Assembly (NCBI GenBank): GCA_902537665.1
Contig: CACBCE010000006.1
Span: 152 to 64,151 of the forward strand
Length of the DNA stretch: 64,000 bases
Source: an uncultured Pelagibacteraceae bacterium
GTDB lineage: Bacteria; Pseudomonadota; Alphaproteobacteria; Pelagibacterales; Pelagibacteraceae
Reading direction: 5' to 3'
Below the pieces are notes generated by a model. The model did not search any database. It saw only the letters and a program-made list of their open reading frames with translations, and was not told where the DNA came from. Below, in pieces: positions 1-8,937 of the stretch. Position 1 is the first letter of the stretch; the number at the start of each line of letters is the position of its first letter. The translations under genes and the position numbers were made by a program.

Positions 1-20
1 TTGTAAATTATAAAATTTAC

Positions 21-182
21 ATGGACGAAAAATTAAAAAATAACGAAAATGAGGCTCAAATCATAAGACATGAAGACCTGGCTAGACATAATAGCAGAGG
101 TATCTACATGAGAGATGATCATTGTGATTGGGGTTCAAGTGGAATGAAAGATCTAGTTGAGACACTTAACGACTCAAACTAA
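21..182 (+). CDS. small hypothetical protein (53 aa) upstream of aceA
   Basis: Read by hand: ATG at 21, TAA at 180-182, MDEKLKNNENEAQIIRHEDLARHNSRGIYMRDDHCDWGSSGMKDLVETLNDSN; below ORF-track cutoff. Confidence 0.55.
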   Translation: MDEKLKNNENEAQIIRHEDLARHNSRGIYMRDDHCDWGSSGMKDLVETLNDSN

Positions 183-236
183 TTTTCAGACTTTTAACAT
201 TCATTTTCAATTACTTGAACATTACAGGGGCCAATA

Positions 237-1514
237 ATGAGTGCAGAAAAGATTTCTTATGATTTAAAAAGATTTGCAGGAATTAAAAGAGACTATACTC
301 CTGAAGAAGTTGAAAGACTTAGAGGCTCAATTAAAATTGAATATTCAATTTGTAAACAACAATCTACAAAACTATGGAAATTATTAAACACAGAAAATTA
401 TGTTAATACTTTAGGATCTTTATCAGGTAATCATGCAGTTCAGCATGCTAAAGCTGGATTAAAAGCAATTTATTTAAGTGGCTGGCAGGTAGCAGCTGAT
501 GCTAACAGTGCTGGAGAAATGTATCCTGATCAATCTTTATATCCTTATGATAGTGCTCCAAAATTAGTAGAATCTATGAATAACGCCTTAATTAGAGCTG
601 ATCAGATTCAGCATATGGAATTAAAAGATGGTGATATGAAAAAAGAGAAAAGAATTGATTATATGCTTCCAATCATTGCTGATGGAGAAGCTGGCTTTGG
701 TGGACCTTTGAATGTATTTGAACTTGCAAAAAAATTTATTAAAGCAGGTGCTGCTGGTGTTCATTTTGAAGATCAATTAGCAAGTGAAAAAAAATGTGGT
801 CATATGGGAGGAAAAGTTTTGGTTCCAACTGGTACGATGATAAAAAATTTAAAAGCCGCTAGATTGGCAGCTGATATCGCAGATGTGCCTCTAATTATTT
901 TAGCAAGAACAGACGCTAATGCTGCTAAATTAATTACGAACGATTACGATGAAAATGATAAACCTTTCTTAACAGGGGAAAGATCTCCAGAGGGTTTCTA
1001 TTATGTAAAAGCTGGCATTGAACAAGCCATATCAAGAGGCCTTGCGTATGCACCCTACTCAGATTTAATTTGGTGTGAAACTGCTACACCGAATCTTGAG
1101 GAAGCAAAAAAATTCGCAGATGCAATTCATGAAAAATTTCCAGGAAAACTTTTAGCATACAATTGTTCTCCGTCATTTAACTGGAAAAAACATTTATCAG
1201 ATGATGAGATAGCATCATTTCAACAAAAAATTAGTCAAATGGGTTATAAATTTCAATTCATTACTTTAGCAGGATTTCATACACAAAATATTGCAATTTT
1301 TGAGCTTGCGGAAAAATACAAAAAAGAGGGTATGACAGCATACTCAAAAATTCAACAACAAGAATTTGCTCGTGAGAAAGATGGATATACTAGTGTTAAA
1401 CATCAACGTGAAGTTGGTACATCTTATTTTGATGCTGTATCCAATACAATAAGTAATGGAGAAAGTTCTACCACGGCAATGGCAGGCTCTACAGAGTCTG
1501 AACAATTCCAATAA
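237..1514 (+). CDS. aceA: isocitrate lyase
   Basis: KKCGHMGGK catalytic signature, [29 protein letters not shown]. Confidence 0.97.
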   Translation: MSAEKISYDLKRFAGIKRDYTPEEVERLRGSIKIEYSICKQQSTKLWKLLNTENYVNTLGSLSGNHAVQHAKAGLKAIYLSGWQVAADANSAGEMYPDQSLYPYDSAPKLVESMNNALIRADQIQHMELKDGDMKKEKRIDYMLPIIADGEAGFGGPLNVFELAKKFIKAGAAGVHFEDQLASEKKCGHMGGKVLVPTGTMIKNLKAARLAADIADVPLIILARTDANAAKLITNDYDENDKPFLTGERSPEGFYYVKAGIEQAISRGLAYAPYSDLIWCETATPNLEEAKKFADAIHEKFPGKLLAYNCSPSFNWKKHLSDDEIASFQQKISQMGYKFQFITLAGFHTQNIAIFELAEKYKKEGMTAYSKIQQQEFAREKDGYTSVKHQREVGTSYFDAVSNTISNGESSTTAMAGSTESEQFQ

Positions 1515-1541
1515 AACTACCCTTCTTGATATTAGTAGTTA

Positions 1542-1569
1542 TTAACTGGCCCAGAAATGGGTCAGTTAA
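1542..1569 (+). terminator. stem-loop between convergent aceA and ABC permease
   Basis: ttaactggccca-gaaa-tgggtcagttaa, 12-bp stem with one G-U and GNRA loop on + strand. Confidence 0.6.
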
Positions 1570-2333
1570 GATTTAATTTTGTAACCTTTTTTGAGAAGAA
1601 CTGTAACTACTGTTATACAAATGGATAAAAATAAAAACATAGTTCCAATACTTATCCAAATATTAAAATCAGAAACTCCATAAAAAGAAAATCTTAAACC
1701 ATTTATTAAGTAAACAACTGGGTTAAAATAGGTCACAGTTTGCCAAAATGATGGTAACATATCTAATGAATACAAACTCCCACCTAAAAATACCATTGGT
1801 GTCACAAACAAAGTTGGAATTATAGACATTTGCTCAAAATCTGAGCTCATTAAACCTATTAAAAAACCAAATAAAGCAAAAGTAAATGCCACTAAAATTA
1901 ATAAAAATATCATTAGCAATGGATATTTAACTTGGACATCAACGAAAAATAATGAGGTAATAAATATAATTATACTTACTATTAGTGTTTTTGTTGCACC
2001 AGCCCCTACAAAAGCAAGTACGACCTCTAATGTTGAAATTGGAGCAGCTAAAATCTCATAAATTGTTCCATTAAATTTTGGAAAAAAAATTCCAAAAGAA
2101 GTGTTGCTAATTGATTGAGTTAATAATGTTAACATTAACAGACCTGGTACGATGTATGACCCGTAGCTTATTCCGTCAATTTTTTCCACATATCCTCCAA
2201 TTACTGAACCAAAAACTATAAAATATAGCGAAGTCGTTAATACTGGAGACAATACAGATTGAGTTAAAGTTCTTCTAAAACGATCCATTTCGTGAAGATA
2301 AATTGCGCTAAACGCATAAAAATTAATTTTCAT
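1566..2333 (-). CDS. ABC-2 type transporter permease (YadH-like)
   Basis: Six hydrophobic segments, [20 protein letters not shown] motif; overlaps ATPase gene. Confidence 0.88.
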   Translation of the reverse strand: MKINFYAFSAIYLHEMDRFRRTLTQSVLSPVLTTSLYFIVFGSVIGGYVEKIDGISYGSYIVPGLLMLTLLTQSISNTSFGIFFPKFNGTIYEILAAPISTLEVVLAFVGAGATKTLIVSIIIFITSLFFVDVQVKYPLLMIFLLILVAFTFALFGFLIGLMSSDFEQMSIIPTLFVTPMVFLGGSLYSLDMLPSFWQTVTYFNPVVYLINGLRFSFYGVSDFNIWISIGTMFLFLSICITVVTVLLKKGYKIKS

Positions 2334-3258
2334 TTTTTTCCCTAACTAAGTTTACAAAAATTTTTTCTAAATTGCTTTGTTCAGTTTTTAAATCTTTCAA
2401 TTTTAACCCTGCATCTTTTAAATCTTGAAGTAAATTAGTAATTCCTGTCCTTTTCGCTTGAACATTATAAGTATAATTTAAGCTCATCAAGTCTGGTGTA
2501 AAAGATAAGTTGTATTTTTGAAGTGTTGTGGGTATTTGATTTATTTTTTCTTGTAAATCTATTATAAGTTTTTTATGACCCATTTTTTTTAACAGTTCCT
2601 TAGTTTCATCAACAACTACGATCTCTCCCTGGTTTATAACTCCAACTCGATCAGCTATAGCTTCTGCTTCTTCGATATAATGAGTAGTTAGAATAATTGT
2701 TACACCAGTTTTTCTCAAATTTTCAACAACCTGCCACATTTCTTTTCTTAGCTCTACATCAACACCAGCCGTAGGTTCGTCTAAAAATAAAATTGTTGGT
2801 TCATGAGATAAGGCTTTTGCTATTAAAACTCTTCTTTTCATTCCACCAGACAATTGCCGAAGTTTGAGATCTTTTTTATCCCATAAACTTAATTGTTTTA
2901 AAACTTTCTCGATATGATTTGGATCTGCTTTTTTCCCATAAAGACCTCTCGAGTAAGAAACATTATTAAAAACTGTCTCAAATTGCTCTAAAGTTAATTC
3001 CTGTGGGACTAAACCTATTCTTGAACGAGTTTCTCTGTAATCTTTTATGATATCATAGTCATCTACACTAACATTCCCTGAGGTCGGATTAACTATTCCA
3101 CAAATAATACTTATCAAAGTAGTTTTACCCGCTCCATTAGGACCAAGCATTGCAAAAATTTCACCTTTTCTAATTTTTAAATTTATATTCTTTAAGGCAT
3201 TAAAGCCATTGTCATAAACTTTTGATAAATTGTTTATTAAAATCTGATTATCTGACAT
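2323..3258 (-). CDS. ABC transporter ATP-binding protein (YadG-like)
   Basis: Walker [18 protein letters not shown] signature, [18 protein letters not shown]. Confidence 0.92.
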   Translation of the reverse strand: MSDNQILINNLSKVYDNGFNALKNINLKIRKGEIFAMLGPNGAGKTTLISIICGIVNPTSGNVSVDDYDIIKDYRETRSRIGLVPQELTLEQFETVFNNVSYSRGLYGKKADPNHIEKVLKQLSLWDKKDLKLRQLSGGMKRRVLIAKALSHEPTILFLDEPTAGVDVELRKEMWQVVENLRKTGVTIILTTHYIEEAEAIADRVGVINQGEIVVVDETKELLKKMGHKKLIIDLQEKINQIPTTLQKYNLSFTPDLMSLNYTYNVQAKRTGITNLLQDLKDAGLKLKDLKTEQSNLEKIFVNLVREKNEN

Positions 3259-3294
3259 GAGGCATTTATATAGTTATTAATTGATTTAATACAA

Positions 3295-4746
3295 TCAACT
3301 TATACGAAGCTTTTTAGCTTTAATAATCAACAAAGGTAGAAAGGTCGCTACAATAAAAGATAAAAAAAGCAAAGATTGTGTAACAAAAGATGGAAATAAA
3401 TCTATTGGTATGAAAACTCCAACTAACAAACTTTTAGAAAAATCAGGAGAAGGAAATAATATAAAACCACCAATCAATCCAATCAAAATAGAAATATAAG
3501 CTAAATTTTCATTAATTGATTTATCATAAAAACTCAGAAAAACAGTTAAGACAAAAGCACAACAAAACAGGTCTGCTAATAAAAAAAGATACAAAATATC
3601 AAATCCTTTTGATGCAATAATAAAAGAGATAAACGATAAAAATAAAATTATATATTTAGAAAAGTTTAAATAATTAATTTTTTTACTCAAATTAAATACT
3701 GCTTTTCCATCTAAAATTACCAAACTTGAGATTGCATTAATTAATGTGTCTACAGTTGAAATTGTTAATGCCATACCTAGTATAATTATAAATAAAGATA
3801 AAAAAATTGTTTGCTCTTTAAGTAACAATGAAAAAAATCCAAGATCTGGTCTAGTACTAGAGTCAATCGAGAAAGCTACCATTCCTGAAAAGCCCATAAA
3901 AAAAACAATAGGAATAATGATTAAAAAAGAAATAATTAAGCTTTTTTTTAAAGTTTGGTAATTTTTAGCTGCATACACACGTTGCCAATTTCCTTGATGA
4001 AATAAATTAGTTGCGGCTACTGCTATAAAAAAAGTTAACCCTGCAGTATAATTTGGAATGTAATGACTACTCATAAGTTGAGGATTTTTTTTAGTCACAA
4101 AATCAAAAGAAAATTTAGAACCTGTAAATGAAGTAATATATATAAACGAGATTATTAACAAAACTCCTATAACAATCATTTGAATATTATCAGTAAAAAT
4201 TGAAGCCTTTAATCCACCATATAATGTATAAATTAGAGTGGACGAAAGAACTACTAAAGCTGTAATCCAAAATTCAGTACCAGATATATAATTGATTAAA
4301 ACTGAAATAGCGGTTACCTCAGCGCACAAAAAAATGAACATATAAAATATGGTCATTAATGAAATTAGCTTAAATAAACTCTTGCCAAATTTTCTTCTCA
4401 TAAATTCTATTAAAGAAGATCCTTTAGGGAATTCATTTCTAATTTTTTTTCCTAAGTAAATTAAAAAAAATAGTGGAAAAGCTGTTCCTAAAGAATAGCC
4501 AATAACCGCACCTATACCTCCCCAAGTCGCAGCAGAAGCAGGTCCAAATAAAATCCATGATCCTAATGCTGATGCTGTTAAACTGGTGGTTAATGAAAAG
4601 ACACCAATATTCCTATTAGCAGTTAAATAATTATTTAAACCTTTGAATTTTTTAGTGTGATTAATGCCCAAATAAGCAAATAGCAAACTGATTGCAATTA
4701 TTAAGACTAATGAAGTGGATTGATCTAAAAAAAAAGAATTACTCAT
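3295..4746 (-). CDS. thiV: sodium:solute symporter, ThiV-like thiamin/pyrimidine-precursor transporter
   Basis: About 13 TM segments, SSS motifs YTLYGGLKASIFTD and WQRVYAAK; directly preceded by TPP-riboswitch-like leader. Confidence 0.75.
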   Translation of the reverse strand: MSNSFFLDQSTSLVLIIAISLLFAYLGINHTKKFKGLNNYLTANRNIGVFSLTTSLTASALGSWILFGPASAATWGGIGAVIGYSLGTAFPLFFLIYLGKKIRNEFPKGSSLIEFMRRKFGKSLFKLISLMTIFYMFIFLCAEVTAISVLINYISGTEFWITALVVLSSTLIYTLYGGLKASIFTDNIQMIVIGVLLIISFIYITSFTGSKFSFDFVTKKNPQLMSSHYIPNYTAGLTFFIAVAATNLFHQGNWQRVYAAKNYQTLKKSLIISFLIIIPIVFFMGFSGMVAFSIDSSTRPDLGFFSLLLKEQTIFLSLFIIILGMALTISTVDTLINAISSLVILDGKAVFNLSKKINYLNFSKYIILFLSFISFIIASKGFDILYLFLLADLFCCAFVLTVFLSFYDKSINENLAYISILIGLIGGFILFPSPDFSKSLLVGVFIPIDLFPSFVTQSLLFLSFIVATFLPLLIIKAKKLRIS

Positions 4747-4820
4747 TTATTTCCCTTTCTGAATTACCGGACAGGTTCATAGGGTTTAATCTCAGTCAAA
4801 AATGACACCCCTATAAATAT
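4744..4820 (-). ncRNA. TPP riboswitch-like aptamer (variant), translational control
   Basis: Minus strand ATAGGGGTGTCA-TTTT-TGACTGAGATTAAACCCTATGAACCTGTCCGGTAATTCAGAAAGGGAAATAAATG: P2 ATAGGG/CCCTAT, P3, CTGAGA, AACCTG, TAAT loop, AGGGAA then start codon. Confidence 0.85.
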
Positions 4821-4873
4821 TATACTTTAATATTATTAAAAAAAAAGAGGAATAATGATTAAAAATTAAACTT

Positions 4874-5053
4874 CTATTTTCTAAAACAATTATTCACTAA
4901 AATAGCCATTAAAATCCACATCACAAATACCTCGCCATTTGTAAATGAATAATCAGCTCCAGCAAATCCCGCTACAAAATTTATTGCATAAATTATTATA
5001 GTTGAAATAACTAAACTGGTTACAAGTTTTATAAGTCCGCTTAAGTAGTTCAT
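4874..5053 (-). CDS. small two-TM membrane protein (59 aa)
   Basis: Read by hand: MNYLSGLIKLVTSLVISTIIIYAINFVAGFAGADYSFTNGEVFVMWILMAILVNNCFRK. Confidence 0.6.
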   Translation of the reverse strand: MNYLSGLIKLVTSLVISTIIIYAINFVAGFAGADYSFTNGEVFVMWILMAILVNNCFRK

Positions 5054-5144
5054 AATTAATCTTAACTACAATTTGCTTGAATGCAAATTAAATTTCTATT
5101 TATAGGGGAAGATTTTTTTGATGCAGGGATATTACAAAAGAGTC

Positions 5145-5203
5145 AGGTTGTATTCAAGAAATTAATTTTAATTTTTGTTAAATATATTCCTTGAATACAA
5201 CCT
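5145..5203. repeat. perfect 14-bp inverted repeat with 31-nt AT-rich spacer
   Basis: aggttgtattcaag (5145-5158) / cttgaatacaacct (5190-5203). Confidence 0.85.
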
Positions 5204-5242
5204 ATCTAAAATTTATCTTTTTTATACAAGGAGGTAGTTTTA

Positions 5243-5269
5243 ATGAATCAAATGCCACCTGACACTTAG
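5243..5269 (+). CDS. candidate 8-aa micro-peptide MNQMPPDT
   Basis: Full Shine-Dalgarno AAGGAGGT (5228-5235) 7 nt before ATG. Confidence 0.4.
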   Translation: MNQMPPDT

Positions 5270-5303
5270 CTGGGTAGCTTGATATTTCATAAAAACATAA
5301 ACG

Positions 5304-5395
5304 AAAAAAATAAAAGTCCATTAGGACTTAAATGCCAAAAAGGCGACTGTGGGGAGCTCTTTTGGTTGGAGAACGAAAGAGCGAACCCCTTCGTT
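5304..5395 (-). ncRNA. candidate structured sRNA / 3'UTR element ending in intrinsic terminator
   Basis: GC-rich hairpin GGGGTTCGCTCTTT-CGTTCTCCAACCA-AAAGAGCTCCCC, small GCC/GGC hairpin, then AAGTCC-TAAT-GGACTT followed by TTATTTTTTT. Confidence 0.55.
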
Positions 5396-5408
5396 TAATC
5401 TAAAAAAT

Positions 5409-5870
5409 TTAATGTGGTGCTCTAAATTTACTATGACAAGCTTTGCAATTACTCCACATCATTTGAGTTAAAGTAGCTCTTACATCATCAGCATCCTCAA
5501 ATAATGAAGATAATTTTACCATATCGTCTGATGCTTTTTTCATTAAATCATTAAACTCTCTTTTATTTTCCCAGATTAAAGGTAGAGCCTCAGTTTTAAA
5601 ACCTTCTTTTGTATTATCCGGAAAATATTCAATTAAAGTTTTGTAATTTTCACTCATTTCAATCATTAAAGATTTCGCCTTATCAAATTCTCCTTTGCTA
5701 GCCAAAGCTTGTACTCTTTTTGCAGTACTATAATTCTTACTAAACAGGGCCTTTCTTCCTTTTATTATTTCCTCAACCGACATTTCAGAATTAGCTGGAA
5801 GCGACAATATTACGAAAATTAAAATGCAGAAAAAATATTTGAATACATTTATGATATAGTTAATCAACAT
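5409..5870 (-). CDS. cytochrome c' / c556 (class II cytochrome c)
   Basis: Signal peptide, TEALPLIWEN, C-terminal heme motif CKACHSKFR. Confidence 0.9.
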   Translation of the reverse strand: MLINYIINVFKYFFCILIFVILSLPANSEMSVEEIIKGRKALFSKNYSTAKRVQALASKGEFDKAKSLMIEMSENYKTLIEYFPDNTKEGFKTEALPLIWENKREFNDLMKKASDDMVKLSSLFEDADDVRATLTQMMWSNCKACHSKFRAPH

Positions 5871-6398
5871 ATGAAATTAAAAAATACTCTAACAGAATAT
5901 GGAGCTATTTCTAGAATATTTCATTGGTTAAGTGCCACAGTGTTAATAATTCAAATTCCTTTAGGTATGTATCTAGTAGACATGGATTTCAGTGAAAAAA
6001 GATTGACCGTAGAAAATATTCATGTTGCAGTCGGTATAAGTATTTTTTATTTAACCGTATTAAGGTTGATTTATAAAGCATTTAATCCAACTCCAAAATT
6101 AAATAATAGTATTTTTCCTGGACAGAAAATAATTGCAAGATTAAATCATGTATTTTTATATATTTCAATTTTAATGATAACAATCTCAGGTGCTTTAAAA
6201 AAATTATATAACGGTGAAGAGCTTGATATGTTTTTTTTTAATCTTGAAATTCAAGATAATTTTGATTTAGCAGAGATATTTTACGAAATTCATATCCTAG
6301 GCAATTATACACTTATCGCGTTAATATCTTTACATATTTCTGCTGTCATAATCCATAAATTATTATTTAAGGAAAATTTGCTTAAAAGAATTTTATAA
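5871..6398 (+). CDS. cytochrome b561 family protein
   Basis: YGAISRIFHW start, four TM helices with conserved His (HVAVG, EIH, LHISAVIIH). Confidence 0.88.
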   Translation: MKLKNTLTEYGAISRIFHWLSATVLIIQIPLGMYLVDMDFSEKRLTVENIHVAVGISIFYLTVLRLIYKAFNPTPKLNNSIFPGQKIIARLNHVFLYISILMITISGALKKLYNGEELDMFFFNLEIQDNFDLAEIFYEIHILGNYTLIALISLHISAVIIHKLLFKENLLKRIL

Positions 6399-7103
6399 AA
6401 TAATACAATTTAATTTGTCTTTAAATTTTAATTTATTTTTATAATTTAATTCAATTTCTTGAATACCTTGTATAAGTTGTTTTTTTGATAAAGGTATTAA
6501 AGTAGAAATATATCTATTTTTAATCATATCGAGATATTTCTTTTTGCTTATTCTTACGTTAAAAATAAATTTTTTTTGAGTTCTTTGAGGATATAAATTT
6601 GTAATAATCTTAAATATTTTTTTATCTCTTATAAGAGATTTATTAAGTTTTAGTTTCATTAATTTAAAAGTTGGAATTTCGTTGTTTTTTGTATCTAAAG
6701 TTAAAATTATAATTTTACCTTTTGTATTTAATATTTTTTTTAATGATTTTAATAATTCTTTTACCTTACTTAATTTTATTAAATGAATTGTTTGTTTAAT
6801 CATAATTAAATCAAACTTTTGACTTTTTCTCAAAGATAGATTTAAAATATTTGCTTTTTTAAATTTAATTCTTTTATCTCTATCTTTGTGATTAACAATA
6901 TCTATGCCTAGAGGTTTATATTTAAGTTTTAACCTTGATTTTAAAGAACCTAAAATCTTCCCTCTTCCACAACCAATATCTAAAATTTTAAAATTTGAAT
7001 TAATTTTGGTATTTTTGATTAAAAAATTATTAAAAGAATTAATATAATTTTGTGAAGATAACCAAGTTTTATTGTCCCAATTTTTAATGACAACTGATGC
7101 CAT
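6393..7103 (-). CDS. class I SAM-dependent methyltransferase
   Basis: ILDIGCGRG motif I, FDLI motif. Confidence 0.8.
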   Translation of the reverse strand: MASVVIKNWDNKTWLSSQNYINSFNNFLIKNTKINSNFKILDIGCGRGKILGSLKSRLKLKYKPLGIDIVNHKDRDKRIKFKKANILNLSLRKSQKFDLIMIKQTIHLIKLSKVKELLKSLKKILNTKGKIIILTLDTKNNEIPTFKLMKLKLNKSLIRDKKIFKIITNLYPQRTQKKFIFNVRISKKKYLDMIKNRYISTLIPLSKKQLIQGIQEIELNYKNKLKFKDKLNCIIL

Positions 7104-7521
7104 ATTTTTTTAATCTCCAATAATTATACGGCCATGGTGTTAAAAAACCTACAATAAGCATTAAAGGTACAACCCACCAGTTTAATATTGCTCCACCAGT
7201 TAAAAAGTAATCAGTTAAATTCATTGTGGTTTCCATGCTTATCATTGAAATAAAACTCATCCCCAACGCTGTTTTTAAAGCTTTGTTAAATTCCAAATTT
7301 TGACGGATTAAAATAATGGTTTCAAGTATTATGCTTGTAATCAATCCGTTGATTATTGCTAATATCATTATTGCTAAAACTGGGAACGGTATTTTAGTTA
7401 ATTGAAAAAATAAAATTGTTCCAAAGTCTCCAATTGAACATCCAAGCAAACACCATGCAGTATTTTTGGCACTTTGTTTCCATGTATGTGAACAAGACCA
7501 ATCAAATGTAGTGGTTTCCAT
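7084..7521 (-). CDS. DUF4396-type membrane protein
   Basis: TAWCLLGCSIGD, MSFISMISME, PWPYNYWRLKKYG pattern. Confidence 0.7.
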   Translation of the reverse strand: METTTFDWSCSHTWKQSAKNTAWCLLGCSIGDFGTILFFQLTKIPFPVLAIMILAIINGLITSIILETIILIRQNLEFNKALKTALGMSFISMISMETTMNLTDYFLTGGAILNWWVVPLMLIVGFLTPWPYNYWRLKKYGISCH

Positions 7522-7543
7522 TCATATATGATAATATTTAGTT

Positions 7544-8224
7544 ATGATTTTTAAACAACTATTTGATCAAAAATCTAGCACATACACATACTTAATTGCC
7601 TCATCTAAAGGAAGAGAGGCTTTGATAATTGATCCAGTTATAGAAAATGTAAGTGATTATATAATTTTATTGAAAGAATTAGATTTAAGATTAGTTAAAG
7701 TAATTGACACTCATATTCATGCTGATCATGTTACAGGTGCTTCAAAATTAAAAGATATTACGAAATGCTCCACAATAATGGGTGATCATACTCCGGCCGA
7801 TGCTGTTGAAATTAAGGTAAAAGATGATGAATATATAAATTTAGAAAATTTAAAAATTAGAGCAATGTACACTCCAGGTCATACCTCTGATAGTTATAGT
7901 TTTTTAATGGATAATTATCTTTTTTCTGGTGATACATTGCTTATAAATGGAACAGGTCGAACAGATTTTCAGAATGGAAATTCGAGAGATGCATATAACT
8001 CAATTTTTAATAAATTACTTAAACTTCCTGATGAAACTTTTTTATACCCTGCTCACGATTATAAAGGAGAGAAAGTGAGTACTATTGGTAAAGAAAAAAA
8101 ACAAAATCCAAGATTACAGGTTAGTAGTGTAGATGAATATGTTGAGTTAATGAACAATCTAAAACTAAAAAAACCCAGTGAAATTGATTTTAATGTTGCA
8201 AAAAATATTAATTTAGGTGCTTAA
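7544..8224 (+). CDS. MBL-fold persulfide dioxygenase (ETHE1/PDO-like)
   Basis: SSTYTYL, IDPV, THIHADHVTG, TPGHT, GTGRTDFQ, YPAHDY, STIGKEKKQNPR. Confidence 0.85.
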   Translation: MIFKQLFDQKSSTYTYLIASSKGREALIIDPVIENVSDYIILLKELDLRLVKVIDTHIHADHVTGASKLKDITKCSTIMGDHTPADAVEIKVKDDEYINLENLKIRAMYTPGHTSDSYSFLMDNYLFSGDTLLINGTGRTDFQNGNSRDAYNSIFNKLLKLPDETFLYPAHDYKGEKVSTIGKEKKQNPRLQVSSVDEYVELMNNLKLKKPSEIDFNVAKNINLGA

Positions 8225-8225
8225 T

Positions 8226-8615
8226 TTAAATTGAGGCTTTTAATGCCTCGTAAATTAAATCTTCAGTTGTTTCACCAACACTTCTATAAACTTCTTGATT
8301 ACCTTTAAAAATTATTAATGTTGTTTGATATTGTACATCAAAAAAATTAGAGATTTCCTTTTTAGTCACATCGAATGAAAAATATTCAATATTATCAAAT
8401 TTAATGTCTAATAATTCACCTTTTTTTTTTGCATTCTGAAGAATTTTCATTTGTCCAGCACATGATGAGCAATATTTTATCCAAGAACTGATTACGACAA
8501 TTTTTCCATCTGATTGAGCTTTATCAAACAACTCTTTCTTAAAAGTTGTTTCTTTTTCCATTGCATTTGCACTTAATGAAAATAAAAAGAAAATTGATAT
8601 TAATATTTTTTTCAT
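8226..8615 (-). CDS. exported thioredoxin-like protein
   Basis: Likely start MKKILISIFF (signal peptide), WIKYCSSC CxxC, FKGNQEVYR. Confidence 0.7.
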   Translation of the reverse strand: MKKILISIFFLFSLSANAMEKETTFKKELFDKAQSDGKIVVISSWIKYCSSCAGQMKILQNAKKKGELLDIKFDNIEYFSFDVTKKEISNFFDVQYQTTLIIFKGNQEVYRSVGETTEDLIYEALKASI

Positions 8616-8622
8616 AAACTTT

Positions 8623-8937
8623 TTATACCACAAAAATTAAAAACCAATATGAAGCTAGCCCTGAGATAATTGTCGCAATAATATTTTGACTTATTATTCC
8701 AATTAACATTGCAATTATTGCTGCCATTATCTTTGGATTGTTTTCTAATTGGAAATCTCCAGAGTTATCCAAAAAAATAGCAGGAAATATAATTGCAGGA
8801 AAAATTGCTGAAGGCACAAAAGAGAGAATTTCTCTTATTCTATCATTGAACATTTCTTTCTTTAATAATGCTATCATTGAAAACCTTGTCAAAAAAGTTA
8901 TCAAACCACAGTATATAATTAATAGCCAGTTACTCAT
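8623..8937 (-). CDS. azlD: AzlD-family membrane protein
   Basis: TFLTRF, LSFVPSAIFPAII; coupled to azlC. Confidence 0.8.
   Translation of the reverse strand: MSNWLLIIYCGLITFLTRFSMIALLKKEMFNDRIREILSFVPSAIFPAIIFPAIFLDNSGDFQLENNPKIMAAIIAMLIGIISQNIIATIISGLASYWFLIFVV

Noticed and set aside
5340-5400. tRNA, glycine riboswitch or SAM-V riboswitch
   Set aside because: No cloverleaf or T-loop, no glycine aptamer core, no SAM-V pattern, and no downstream gene in a suitable orientation
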